Shown piece after piece: positions 35,607 to 47,784 of a stretch of 64,000 nucleotides of DNA. The notes below the pieces were generated by a model. It was given only the letters and a program-made list of their open reading frames with translations, did no database searches and was not told the origin of the DNA. The position numbers were made by a program, and so were the translations under genes. The DNA lies in NCBI GenBank assembly GCA_020536535.1, contig JAHLWZ010000276.1, forward strand, positions 19,524-83,523, in the 5' to 3' direction. This DNA is from Pelomyxa schiedti (Eukaryota > Protista > Evosea). Position 1 is the first letter of the stretch. Each line of letters opens with the position of its first letter.

Positions 35607-37920
35607 ATGAGTGACCCCTGGCCTCACAGTACACGCGACGACTGCCCAGATTGTGTTGCCAAGTTACCTGTTGAACAGCAGCGAGGGAGAATAAAGGATC
35701 TATGTAGGCGGTAGGCCCAGCGTTTGTTTGTTTGTTTTTTCCCCCGCTTATGTTTTTTTCTCCTCCCACTCAGATGGACATGTGAAACTCTGGATTACGA
35801 CGAAAATGAGGCCCTGGGCTTGTATGTTTCCTATTTGTGGACCTGTTTGTAACATTTGGATAGGTGGATCCACTATTTCTCCCGAGCGTTGTGCGGTTGT
35901 GATCAACGCAGAATTGCGAGACTATATATTGAATGTGGAATTCTGCCTGTTCTCTGCAAGTACTTCTGGCGAAAACCTTTCAAAACTACTCATTTCGTTG
36001 AAAGGTCTGCACAAAGTCAGGAAGAGACTATTCCACACACCTGTTTCAATATTCTGTTCCGGCTCATTGACCAGAATCTCCTGAACCAAGGTGAACTTCT
36101 TGAGCTCTTGGGCCCACTGAGGGTGTTGAGATTGTGTGAGGAAAGCATCACTGTACCTGGATCCTTGACTCGAACCGCTGCAGCACGACTGGCACGACAG
36201 CTGTTCCACTTACCTATTACTTCTGAGAAATGCAGTGAAAACTTTCGGTTTGCGCCAACATAAATAAAACTTGACTGATGAATGAAGGCCTGAGTTTGTT
36301 GTTGCTCTACTTGAACAGATTCAGAGGGAGAATATCCCCTTTCTGAAGGCTGAACTGATTGATGGATATTATGGCTGGGAGGTTTGTTTTTTTTTTGTCA
36401 CACTGCAATGTAACCTCATACCACCTTAAAACAGTTGGAGGGATTCTACCGTAGATTACCTGCGAAATACTATGAAGCTTGCCTTCCACGGTACATGTGT
36501 ATGCAGCATGAAACTTACGCTTTGACCTGGACATCAATCTTTATGGCGAAAGAGAAAGACTCAACTTGGTTGGTATGTACGTCTTCTACGTATTCAAATC
36601 TCTGAATTTCACAAGATGGATGTCGTGAATCGGTTCCCCCACTTTATTTCTGGTCTTGTAACTTGCGCCTCATTCCTTCCGTTTCCAGCCCTTCCAAACT
36701 GTTCTCAGCAGAGCATTGCTCTCTATGTTCTGGATGTTTTGCTGTACATGACAATCACACCAACTCCCATATTGCAGAGCACGGACACAAACGCTTTATG
36801 CACCAATAACGTGTGTTTACTCTTTTCTAACGTTTCATTTGACCAATTGGGCAACTTACAGGTATTCTCCAAGTGCCCGGACATTGTCGATCGACTCGTT
36901 ACTTTCTTAGATCAGCTTGTTGGATTAATTCGTTCTGGTGAGGTTTTTGTAATCGAGTGGATCTAACTTTCACAGGTTTAAAGTCTCACATTGACACGCT
37001 CTTCTCGAAGCTCGATCAGGTTTTAAGTAAAACTCCATTTTACACTCAACCTTCAGCAGTTCCACCCCCATATTCCACCCACTACTGATGATATTGAATC
37101 TGCCATAATGGAAGTAAAACGTGAATTCAACACGCTAATGGTTTGTCTGTGCAAACTGTCGGCAGTGGCGGTGTGTTCTCACATATGAGTGGCAGTACTG
37201 ACTAACAATTCAATTGCCAGGATATCCTACCGGCCTTCATAGCACACAAAGCAGTTTTCGAGGATGTTGTGCAGCTTTATGTTGAAAACCAGGTTGTCTG
37301 TTCATGTATGGTTTCCGCAGCTTTAATCATTATCGGGAGGCTTTGCTCTTTTGCCAGTGTGCATGTCCCCCACTTTACCAAATTCTAACTCTTCACAGAT
37401 TGCACAACTGTGATACCAAAGGATGTTGCAAAGCATCTCCATTACAAAGCCCGATCTAGCCCCAAGAAGCGAAACAGGGATGGCATCATGGCCTTGGTCC
37501 TGGTATCAAAACCCAGCCGTTCTCTTGTAGTGCGGCATTACGGTATTCTAATCCCACCCCCAGGTTGAAAAACTGTGGTTCCCAGAAATCACACCCTTCG
37601 GCATCGAGCAACTTGCATTGAAAAGCTTAAAGGTACTTTCTGTCCCTTGACCACGTCCCCTTTCCATTCCGATTTTCTTCACTCAGCTAACACACAAACA
37701 GGAATGCGGGTGGTGTGGGAAGCCCAATCAGAGCCTCAGGTGCACCAGGTGCTTAACAACATACTACTGTAACAAAGCGTGCCAAAAGAAGGACTGGCCT
37801 CACCACAAGGCATCATGTCGTGCACCTGCTACTACTATCACCACTCCGCCGCCATCGACACCATCGACACCCAACCCCAACGCACAACCACAACCAGCAA
37901 CCCCCAATAAAAACTCATAG
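35607..37920 (+). CDS. Unknown helical domain + C-terminal zf-MYND protein, paralog M1; multi-exon
   Basis: Last exon ECGWCGKP..LRCTRCLTTYYCNKACQKKDWPHHKASC (MYND); extensive exon-by-exon similarity to 44919-47563. Confidence 0.75.
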
Positions 37921-38867
37921 CATCATCAAGCTACGAATTTACTGCCAATTGAAAAAAAAAAACCCAACTTGAGTAGTCAGTTCTGAGGTAGATTCAACAG
38001 AACATGGGTTTGATAGACTAGATGTACCTGTAGTGGTGGAAGCCGCAGAACGGGTAGTGGTAGTATTACAGGAGGTAGTGGGGTGTAAAGAGAACTGGCT
38101 GATCATGCACGGAAGAAAAGGGAATTTGATTCGTATCATCGGGTGCCCCCAGCCGATAATTGGGCGCCTCCGCGTGGTTGTTGCTGCTGCCAGTCTTGCA
38201 CAGTATTGGCGCCAGGATAGTTGCATATGCTTCAGGTACGTATTGCGCTCACTAGGTTTCGGAATTGTTGGTTCTATGTCAATACTGGAGCGGAATTGAT
38301 ATGAATGCTTTGTATTTGATCGATGCGCCGTTTTTACCCGTCACTGAACCCAGAAAATTCCACATCACCGTAGGGGAAAATTCTGTAGAATATAATTTAC
38401 TACTTATTGTGGCAAGAGCCACGTGGGCGAGGAACCTTGGATTTCTAATCAATCTGCCCTTGCCAAAAATAAAGTAATCTCTAGAACCCAAATGACTATC
38501 TAAATAGCATAAGCTTCTGATCCCGCATAATATAATGACTTCCTTGCTCAAAACGAACATACGTATTTTCCATTGAATCGCTCCTGCAGTGAGTCTGGTT
38601 AATGCAATTACAACCTACATAGAATTCCCACCTCAGTGCCGGCGAAAAACGCATATGCATGATTGAACAAGTCAGTAATTGGGCGAGGAGTACCTCAATT
38701 CAAGTAAGTTGTTACATTAGGCTTTTGCTCCTCTAAAATACCATCAAGTATAATTTCCGGCAATGGGGAGGAGGGGAAGAGGCCTCCTCTCCCTCTCCCC
38801 CCCTCCAGTGTAGGAGTACACTTCCATACTGATCCGTGATTTCCATAAGTGAACCGAACGTTGCCTC

Positions 38868-41527
38868 ATGAGACCACACAGGTCTCGTTTGAAATGCAAA
38901 AAGTCAACCAAAAATAGAATTTATCCTTATAACGCAGAAACACTTGGTAAAGACAACAAGAAAAAAACCTATCGGGGCGACATGGACCGACACCGTAACA
39001 CCAAGAACAAGCCCCACACAAAGAAAAACAACGAGAGCGAGAGCGACAATGAGCGTGCCTGCGACGATGACACCGCGAGCGAGATACAGCCCCACAAAGA
39101 CGACGACGCGGCGAGGCGCAGCGCCGCCGCCACGGATACTGAGAAAGGAGGCGCCGACAAGGAGCGTATGGCCCCGACGTCGGGGAAGGCAGTCCCCACA
39201 ACAAAAACAACAAATACAACGTCCACCACATCATCAACAACAAGCACGCCGACGCAACTACGCAAGAGCGCCACCAAGGCCGCGACGCAGCCACGCAAGT
39301 CTCACGCCCGCAGCAGCAGCGCCGCAACCAAAGTGATGACGACTACGATGACAAAGATGAGCGCTGAAATTGCAGAGGAGCCCGACTGCTCCGGGTCCGA
39401 GCCTGAAGTCGAGACCATCTACCGTCGGGTCAAGGTTTTCCATAGACTGTGCCAGCTGATCATTGCGCCGAATCACCGGATACCAGATGGTCCGGTCTTG
39501 GAGACGGCCACTTGGGACAAATTGGTGTCTGGGATCAGGAATACCAGGGATATTGTCGATAACTGGGTGGCCAACACTAAGGGTGTCAACATCGCAGATG
39601 AGCTTGCACTCTGGGCCAGGGAATCTAATTACGTGCTCCCTGAGGAACTCCTCGACCACTACGCGCCCGATGTTTGGAATGGGAGGTACGCTGATCAACG
39701 TCAAACAAAAGAAGAAACTCAAGCCAAGGCACCCAAAAAAAAGACCGCGTACAAAGCCCCCAAAGACCCTTTGCTGGTACCAACAAAAACCTCCCTTGTC
39801 CTCGAGGTAGGTATAAGGTTGCACCTTGCGGGGCTCTTCGACATCGACGCCGTACCCCAGGCAGAGCCAGCAGCACCAGCACATCGCGCCTTGGTTGAAG
39901 TTCATGATGTTGGCCCCGCCACGAGCCCTGTTATAGAGCCACCGGCAGTTCTTCCACTCAGTGATCAAGACCCACAGAGCGGCGACGCTGTGGAGAGTGT
40001 GGATGTCACTATGGAGGAGGCACAGAGTGAGGTTGTGGGTGGGAGTGGGGGAGAGAGCGAGGGCGCGGAAGCGGGGAATGTGGAGAGGATTGCACCGCCA
40101 ATGCTTTCAGCAGTGGGCTCCATTCATGCCAAGGAACCAGAGGCTAATGGTTTTGCGCCGCAGCAACCTCCTATTTGGAATGCACATGCACTGCCTACAA
40201 TTGATAGACGTGATATTAACTATGAGGAAAGACATCCTATTGGTGCGGGAACCCTCGGAACAGTTTATAAAGGTACATTTCGGTTCCCATGTGACTATTA
40301 CAACAACTTATATTTCCCAACAGCAACTCTTCGACAACATGTTAATACAGACATTGCCATCAAAGTCATGAATAAGATTAGCCACAGCGAAACCACCAGG
40401 ATTGCTGAGATCCTACAGTAAGCTTAACACCCTCAGATTTCGATATACTAACAACAAGGCAGCAATTTCAATCACGAAAACATTTTGAAATTCCTTGGCA
40501 TGTGCCCAGCCGTTCAATATGGCCAATTTGATTACCTTGTTTTTGAACTGATGAAATGTAACCTGGCGACAATCTTACACTCGAATCAGGCTCAGTTGGA
40601 GTACCGCGGGAAATTACAATTGACTGCCGGAATGGTATCTCCAATTGTGGTGAAAATCTGTGTTACTAACACACATCTGTAGCTTCGTGGATTGAATTAT
40701 CTACATAGCCTCCTCGTTATCCATGGGTTGATTAATAAAATAACAAATATTAGATAAGTCTTTACCTTCTTTCTAGCAACTTGAAATCAGAAAACTGTCT
40801 TGTTGATGATAACTTCGTTTTAAAAGTTTGTTGTACCTGGTACCTCCTTCCATCATAACCCATAACTAGATCTGCGATTTCGGTTCTGGTGAAATCAGAT
40901 TGAGAGATTATTACGAACTGGCTCGTACATTACCTCATACAGAATGTGCCTTCCCTCTAGTTTTAGTGACCCGCCAAACTCACAAAAAGCAATTTAGGGA
41001 CAGGGGCACCAGAAGTGCCATTCAACAAACACTTTTCCTTCTCTTCTGATATGTACGCAACCGAAATTATGTTTTCCTTTATTTCACTGACAACACCACA
41101 AAACCTCAACAAAGGTTCGACGCCGGCAGAGTAATGCACGAAATCTTTACAGAAGGGCCAGAACCAAAATTTGTGTTCAGGAAGTTTGGTTTTCTAGAAG
41201 ATTTTGATTCAAAAAACCCATCTGCCCCTCCTACCTTGGTAAGTCTTCATGTATTCTGCCACGAGTAATAACAGATTCCAGAATTCCGTGGTGGAACACT
41301 GTGGCAGTGCAAACCCTTCTGTGGTGTGTTCATACACTTTCCTGTTCTTCACTGATCCAATCCCGACAGAGGCCAGCTGTAAGGATGCACTGAGTGAAAT
41401 CGAAAAGATTTTAATGTGGGTGCTGGACTCTGTAGATGTCCCAGTACCCATGTGGACATCAATAGTTGTTCATGATGAAGGAACCTCAATAACCACTATG
41501 AGTACGAACAGCAGCACTGCCTCATGA
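38868..41527 (+). CDS. TKL-like protein kinase domain protein, probable pseudokinase, with long low-complexity N-terminus; multi-exon
   Basis: [60 protein letters not shown], APE; catalytic HRD reads HGN after splicing the intron at about 40727-40776. Confidence 0.78.
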
Positions 41528-42590
41528 AATTCTGACACAAGATTAAAACCTTGTTGGGAAAAAAAAAGAAATAACCAATAATAGTTGCGATTATGTTTCT
41601 CACTTAAAAGAAACTAGGTGGTGCTTTTATGAACGTGGGTTTAATATTTTCCAACCAATCAATGTAGGCATGGTTGTAAGTTTAATTAATTATTAAATTG
41701 ATACCAACTGTCAAGTGTCTACTGGAGTTTCACTGTAAGAGGGCAAGCTAGTGATTGTGGGAGATCTTGGTAATGTGGTACAATAATATCGCAGCATATC
41801 ACAGATGCACATTCTGCATGCCATTTAAAATTAGTTTCCATTTCAAATTGAAACTAGGGTTCGGGGCTCCCACAGGTCCTATGAAAGGAAAAAAAGTGGT
41901 GGTCAAAGCACAGTAGCAAATGGGATTCGAAAATGTTGCTTTGAAGAAGATGAAGTGAGGGAGACCACAAGACGATATACGAACCTGTCTTTGCCTTTCT
42001 GAGTTGTTTAGACACGCATGCGCACACGCAGCACACACAGGGGAATGAGAATGATGATACCTGCTTGCTCTTGGCTCCGCTTCCGCATCTGCATTTGCGG
42101 CCGTACCACTCGGCCTACACCACTCACCTTCTGCGTCCTACGCACCTCAACAACCCCGATGTGCGTCAGACACAGCGGCATTACACCAGGCGCCGTTCAC
42201 GGACTGCGAGAATGTTGATTCCGTACCGTACAACGCATCACCGAAAGATTGACGCAGCTGGATACTCTGCTGTGTAGAAGTAGAACGTTGTGGTGTTGCT
42301 TGATGGCCTGCTGGTCAGACTGTACTCACTATCCCATAAGTACATCTCATAAAAAAATCGGAGGTCCTTCTGGTGACCCTCTGCAGATCAAAACTGGGAA
42401 GCATACTCCCCCAAACTTAAGGTTTCAATGTACATTGCATTGAAATGATGTAAGACCACTTCTTTGGCATTTATTCAGTGTCTCAATGACTCTTGGCAAA
42501 AAATCTGTACCAAACACACAGGAGGTTTTTGAAAAAATAAACACCATCAGTATTTTTAGCAGTAGTAACAGGGTACTATCTCATCCAGGC

Positions 42591-42813
42591 ACAGTGCAAA
42601 CGGGAAAAGCTAGCCCGAGGGCGGCTTGGATATCCCTGGAACTGGGGGCTATCTCATCCAGGCTGGTTACACCGATGGACAAAAGGAAGGAAGCGGCTCG
42701 GTTCCTTCGCAGTGGATCTTCTTAGCAGAAAAAAAGGCTGCCGTGCTGAACCAAGTGAACGGTGACAGTGCAAACGGGAAAAGCTAGCCCGAGGGCGCCT
42801 TGGATATCCCTGG
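42591..42813. repeat. 49-bp direct repeat pair
   Basis: ACAGTGCAAACGGGAAAAGCTAGCCCGAGGGCG(G/C)CTTGGATATCCCTGG at 42591-42639 and 42765-42813 with one mismatch; each copy is followed by a similar GATGGACAA(A/G)AGGAAGGAA block. Confidence 0.9.
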
Positions 42814-43122
42814 CCATACCTCACCCATGTATGCAGTCCTGCCTGTTACTACAGGCTGTACTGTACAGGACAGTTACCGTGATGGACAAGAGGAAGGAAA
42901 CAATTCTCATCCTTTGTAGTGCCAAAAAACAACCCTCAACCACAGCAACCAAAGCAGACTGTGACACAGTGTTTTATTCAGAGTTTCACCACTACAACAA
43001 TTGACCCTGATTGATAAAGGGCAGCAAGCAGCTAAGAGATTTAGTCTGTAGGGATGAAGGGGTGTAGTGTACCCTGGTGAGTCCACATATCTGGATCAGT
43101 GGGCGGTGATTTTTTTCCCTAT

Positions 43123-43194
43123 CAAAAAGTGTATCATCACCGCCCAAAATCACCACCCGGGCGGTGATTTTGGGCGGTGATGATACACTTTTTG
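43123..43194. repeat. 72-bp loopless palindrome
   Basis: CAAAAAGTGTATCATCACCGCCCAAAATCACCACCC / GGGCGGTGATTTTGGGCGGTGATGATACACTTTTTG; arms are complementary except for one position. Confidence 0.95.
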
Positions 43195-43435
43195 CAGTCA
43201 AATCAGATCACCGCCCCAGGCGGTGGTCAAGCACATAAGCCAGTCAGTAAAATCACTGCCCTGGGTTTAACCAAAAGAAAAAAACTTTTTTTTAGGTTGT
43301 TCTTAATCTAACTCAATATTTAACAGTGCTGAGGGGTTAAGCTTTGGGCTAAACAAGGAGTACAAAGCTAACATGTTGTTCCTTGTGGTGTTCCACCTTT
43401 GGTGTATGTCATCTATTGCAATACAGTGCTCAAGG

Positions 43436-44150
43436 CTATTGTACCAAACTAGAACTTTGCTCATTGGTGTGACATGGGTTGTCCTGACTTACAGAGTCAC
43501 TTGCACAAAGAGAAGGAGTATCTTCATTCAAAAAGTCTTCTGGTAACTGAACATCAACCACCTGTTTCAAATTTACCATCAATTTATTGGAGAAAGAATT
43601 AGACAAGTGCAGCAACAGGTGCAGCGACGGGTGTGGTGATGGATGTGACGACGGGTGTGGTGACGGGTGCGGCAATGGGTGCGGCGACGGGTGTGGCGAT
43701 GGGTGTGGTGATGGTTGTGGCGACGGTTGTGGCGATGGGTGCAAGGTTTACCTCTTTGTATTTTTCAATTGAATTCACAGACAGCAAAGAAGAACTTGAT
43801 GAGTTTCTATCACCAGAGTTGTCACTATCAACATTTATGACATCTACACAACATTAATATATTAAAATCAAGGCTGCATTACCATCATCTTCTGATGAAA
43901 AGGCTTCATCATCCAAGCTGGAAACAGGGTAATCCCTTGGTGATCCAAAATGTTGAAGTGAGGTTGAGGGTGCATGTCTATGTGGTACACGAAGAGCATG
44001 TGAATGTTTAGGTTTTTTAGGTTCTGGTGGCTGAATTGATTTTGAAGATTTGGGTTTTTTGGTTTTATATTTTGAAGGTTTTTTTTGTTGATTTTGGGGG
44101 TATGTTTCTTTTTGGTTGAGAGGAAGCAGGTGCTGCTGATTGTTTGTTAG
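43436..44150 (-). pseudogene. Degenerate low-complexity coding remnant inside the TIR element
   Basis: Minus frames read KTKKPKSSKSIQPPEPKKPKHSHALRVP..SSLDDEAFSSEDD and EKYKE|[14 protein letters not shown] across a GT-AG pair (43562-43751), interrupted by stops or a frameshift. Confidence 0.35.
43602..43744. repeat. 12-bp unit minisatellite (GGGTGCGGCGAC-like), left copy
   Basis: Tandem units such as GGGTGTGGTGAT, GGGTGCGGCGAC, GGTTGTGGCGAC. Confidence 0.9.
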
Positions 44151-44219
44151 CTAAAGGGGACAACACTGTAGTAGTGTGTGTGGCACCTGTTGGTAGCAAT
44201 CCAGTTGAAGTACCCTTTG

Positions 44220-44413
44220 TTGCACCCATCCTCACCACACCCGTCGCCACAGTTGTCGCCGCACCTGTTGCCGCCATCGTCGCCGCCATCGTCGCCGCCA
44301 CCGTTGCCACCATCGTCGCCGCCATCGTCGCCGCACCCGTCGCCACCATCGTCGCCGCACCCGTCGCTGCCATCGTCGCCGCACTCGTCACCACACCTGT
44401 CGCTGCACTTGTC
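44220..44413. repeat. 12-bp unit minisatellite, right copy, inverted relative to 43602-43744
   Basis: Reverse-complement units (GTCGCCGCACCC, ATCGTCGCCGCC); both end sequences (TTGCACCCATC and GCTGCACTTGTC) match the ends of the left array in inverted orientation. Confidence 0.9.
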
Positions 44414-44918
44414 ACCAATGTTGTAGCTCCCCCCATGGCAGCCACCACACATTTCGCTGCCGCACCAGTCGCCACCACGCCAGTCCCTGCCCCACTGAAA
44501 GCACTCACCACATTTGTTGCCCCTGTTGTCACCACCATTGTTCCCCCTGTTGCTGCCGTAGTCACCCCATCGTCCCACCCAACAACGCACTTGTCACCAC
44601 ACTTGGAGGCACAAATAACGACGTTCCTGTGTCTACCTCAGTTGTTGCTCTCGTTGGTTTATTGCGTCCCATCACTATGCAACAACCAATTTTTTTTTTC
44701 TTGTCTTTACAGGAACTTGATCGGGAAAAAAAATCACCGCCCATTGATCCAGATATGCAGTTCTGGGTTGGGGTGACTTCGACTGTGATTGGTCACTGGG
44801 TTGGGTGGGACCCCACAAGTACTAGGTGCACCTCTAGCTGAAAGATAGCAGTTTTGGCTGGTAGCACTGATGACCAGCGTTTCGATTCTCTGGAACAATC
44901 AATCATTCACCAAGCTCG

Positions 44919-47563
44919 ATGATGCAACCTTCGAGGGGAAGTCCATGGGACATGAAGTGCTCGAGGGAGGACTGCCCCGAGTGTGTGTCCAAGTTGCCGG
45001 TAGCAAAACAGCGCCTGGTGCTCGGTCCACTGTTCAAAAGGTACTGGTGCCACTACCCAACTGCCACTATTATGGGAGGACCAAGTACCATGGAGTCGGT
45101 GACGCCAATCGTTTCATTGTGTTAGTGTTACGGTTTGTTTGTTTTTTGTTTGTTTGTTATGATCCAATTACATCCACAATTTAAAAAAATGCAGGTGGAC
45201 ATGTGAACCTGTACCTGATGACGACCGCGAAGTACTCGACATGTGTGTACTTATATTTTGCGAATTCTCATTGTGGGACTGATTATATTGACTTGGTAAC
45301 CTTTACTTGTATTCAATTAAAAAGGTACATCGATGGCCTTGCTACGACTTTGTTCTACTGTCAGCAACGCAAAACTCCCTGCCAAATTGCGAGAATCTAC
45401 GTTGAATGTGGAATTTTACCTGTTCTTTGCAAGTATTTCTGCTTTTTACATGTAAACCCACAACCAATAGTTGTTGATTTCTGTAAAAAGGTTTGCACAA
45501 AGTACGCAGCAGGAATATGTTCCACAAAATTGTTTCAAAATTCTGTTTCGGCTCATTAACCAGAACCTCCTGAACCAACGTGAACTTCTTGAGCTTCTGG
45601 GTCCGCTGAGGGTTTTGCGGTTATGTGAGGAACGCATTACAGGCCCCGGATCCTTGACCCGAAATGCTGCAGCATGCCTCGCACGACAGCTGTGCAGTTT
45701 ATCCATCACTTCTGAGAAGTGCAATAATGAAAGTTACAGGTGTGCCCCTACTTTACCAAATAAACACCCCATAACAAACTTACTTATATAAAGACCGGAG
45801 TTGGTTGTTGCTCTTGTTCAACAAATTCAGAGGGAGACCATTCCTTTTCTGAGGGGTGAACTCATTGATGGAGAATATAACTGGGAGGTAATCTCTCCGC
45901 ACCCAACACGGATTACCTTATACTCTCCCTACAGTTGCATGAATTTTACCGGGACTTGCCAAAGGAACATTATGAAGCTTACCTTCCGCGGTACATGTGC
46001 ATGCAACATGAAATTTACGCTTTGACCTGGATTCCTATCTTCACGGAAAAATCTAAAGACTCGAACTGGCTGGTATGTACACAACAAATCGTGCCAGTTT
46101 CTGAGTTTTCCAAGATGGAGATGGTGAATCGGTTTCCCAACGTCATTTCCGACTTTCTTACTTGTGCTGCATGTCTTCCGTTTCCAGCATATGCAGAATC
46201 TTTCCAGCAGCGCAATGCCCTCTATGCCTTGAAAGTGCTTTTGAACATGAGAATTATACACATTCCAATATTGCACAGCACGGACACAGATGCTTTGTGT
46301 ACCTACAATGTATGTTTCCGTTCCTACCTTTCATCTGACAAAAATTTTGTAATTGCAGGTGTTCTCCAAATGCCCAGACATTGTTGATCGGCTTGTTACC
46401 TTCTTGTGTCAGCTTGTTGCGTTGCTTCGTTCTGGTAACCTTTCCTTCAATTGAATATGCTCGTGTTTGATTTTCCGTTCTTCAACTGTAGGTTTAAAGG
46501 TTCACATCAATACACTCTTCTCACAGCTCGATCAGGTTCCAAAAACTCCCTACAATTCATTAACGTTTGATAGTTCCACCCCCAAATCCCCCCAACAGCT
46601 GAGGATATTGATCTTGCCGTAACAGATGTTGAAGATGAAGTCACTGAAACAATGTCCTGTCTATGTAGATTGTCGGCAGTTGCGGTGCGTTCCTTCCCAT
46701 GATACTTCCCATGACCAACAATCCAATTTACCAGGACATCCTACCGGCATTCGTAACACACAAAGCAATTTTCGAAGATATTGTTCAACTTTGCATTGAA
46801 AACCAGGTTCTTGTTCTGCCTCTGGATTTCTGCCCTGACCGCAATTTCATTCTCCCTTTCCCGACATACAGGCAGCACCCAACTTCTTGTTTGCAGTCAT
46901 AGATGGATATGAGAGACCGTTTTACCCTTGCGTGGTTTCATCAGCTTTAATCATTCTTGGAAGGCTTTGTTCTTTTGCCGGTATGCAATGCTCCTCTGGT
47001 TCCCAACTTGAAACCGCCTCACAGGTTGCACAACAGTAGTACCAAAGGATGTTGCAAGGCAACTGAACAGCAAGACTCGGTCCAATTGCTCCCATGGGAT
47101 AAAGAAGAAGGGATTCTCAACCTTTGTCTTGGTATCAAAAATCAAACTGCGTGGTGTTAAAGTTCCTTACCCAACATTCAGGTAGAAAATCTTTGGTTTC
47201 CAGACACCACTCCCTATAGTATTGATAAATTCGCATCATCCAACTTCAAGGTATTTTCACCTTTTGTCCCCCTTCACAATCCCAACACAAAATCGCATCT
47301 TCTTCACGCGGCTAACACACAAACAGGAGTGCGGGTGGTGCGGAAAGCCTATGCAGAGCCTCAGGTGCACAAGGTGCACAACAACATACTACTGCAACCA
47401 AGTGTGTCAGAAGAAAGACTGGCCTCACCACAAGGCATCATGCCGCCCCCCATCAAAGCCATCACCACCACCATCAACAACAGCAACACAATCGCAAACA
47501 ACAACAACAACCACAACAACACAAACACCCCCACCACCCAACAACAACAACAACAACACCTAA
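44919..47563 (+). CDS. Unknown helical domain + C-terminal zf-MYND protein, paralog M2; multi-exon
   Basis: SREDCPECVSKLP, IARIYVECGILPVLCK, QNLLNQRELLELLGPLRVLRLCEE shared with M1; last exon ECGWCGKPMQSLRCTRCTTTYYCNQVCQKKDWPHHKASC. Confidence 0.75.
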
Positions 47564-47784
47564 CGGGCAAGTTAATCCTTCGCTCTTTCAGTCAGAGACC
47601 TTTGATCGGGGATCGGCTAAATCTAAATCTAATCTAATGTCTAAGCAACTGTGGAGTATTCACCCTGACGCACGGGGAAGATTCAAGTTTTTCATTATTA
47701 AAAAAAACTCAAGCTCGCTCGTCGCGTTTCGTGTCGCTCAACCGCGTTGCTTATTTTTCTGTTTGCGCTTTGCACATTTGACAA

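Larger units (their letters stand above)
43086..44757. mobile_element. Putative non-autonomous terminal-inverted-repeat DNA element
   Basis: About 40-bp imperfect inverted repeats at 43086-43125 and 44717-44757 (CATATCTGGATCAxTGGGCGGTGATTTTT..), each flanked outside by CA; cluster of ATCACCGCCC motifs at 43101-43261; no transposase ORF seen. Confidence 0.55.

Noticed and set aside
42591-42813. 49-bp direct repeats as CRISPR repeats or LTRs
   Set aside because: Only two copies, 125 bp apart, with no TG..CA ends and no internal coding region.
43101-43261. Resemblance of ATCACCGCC to the phage lambda operator half-site
   Set aside because: Short coincidental match; no phage genes nearby.
43602-44413. 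12-bp arrays as a CRISPR array or as Cys-Gly-Asp repeat proteins
   Set aside because: No unique spacers, no cas genes, eukaryotic context; the ORFs in several frames are by-products of a stop-free 12-bp unit.
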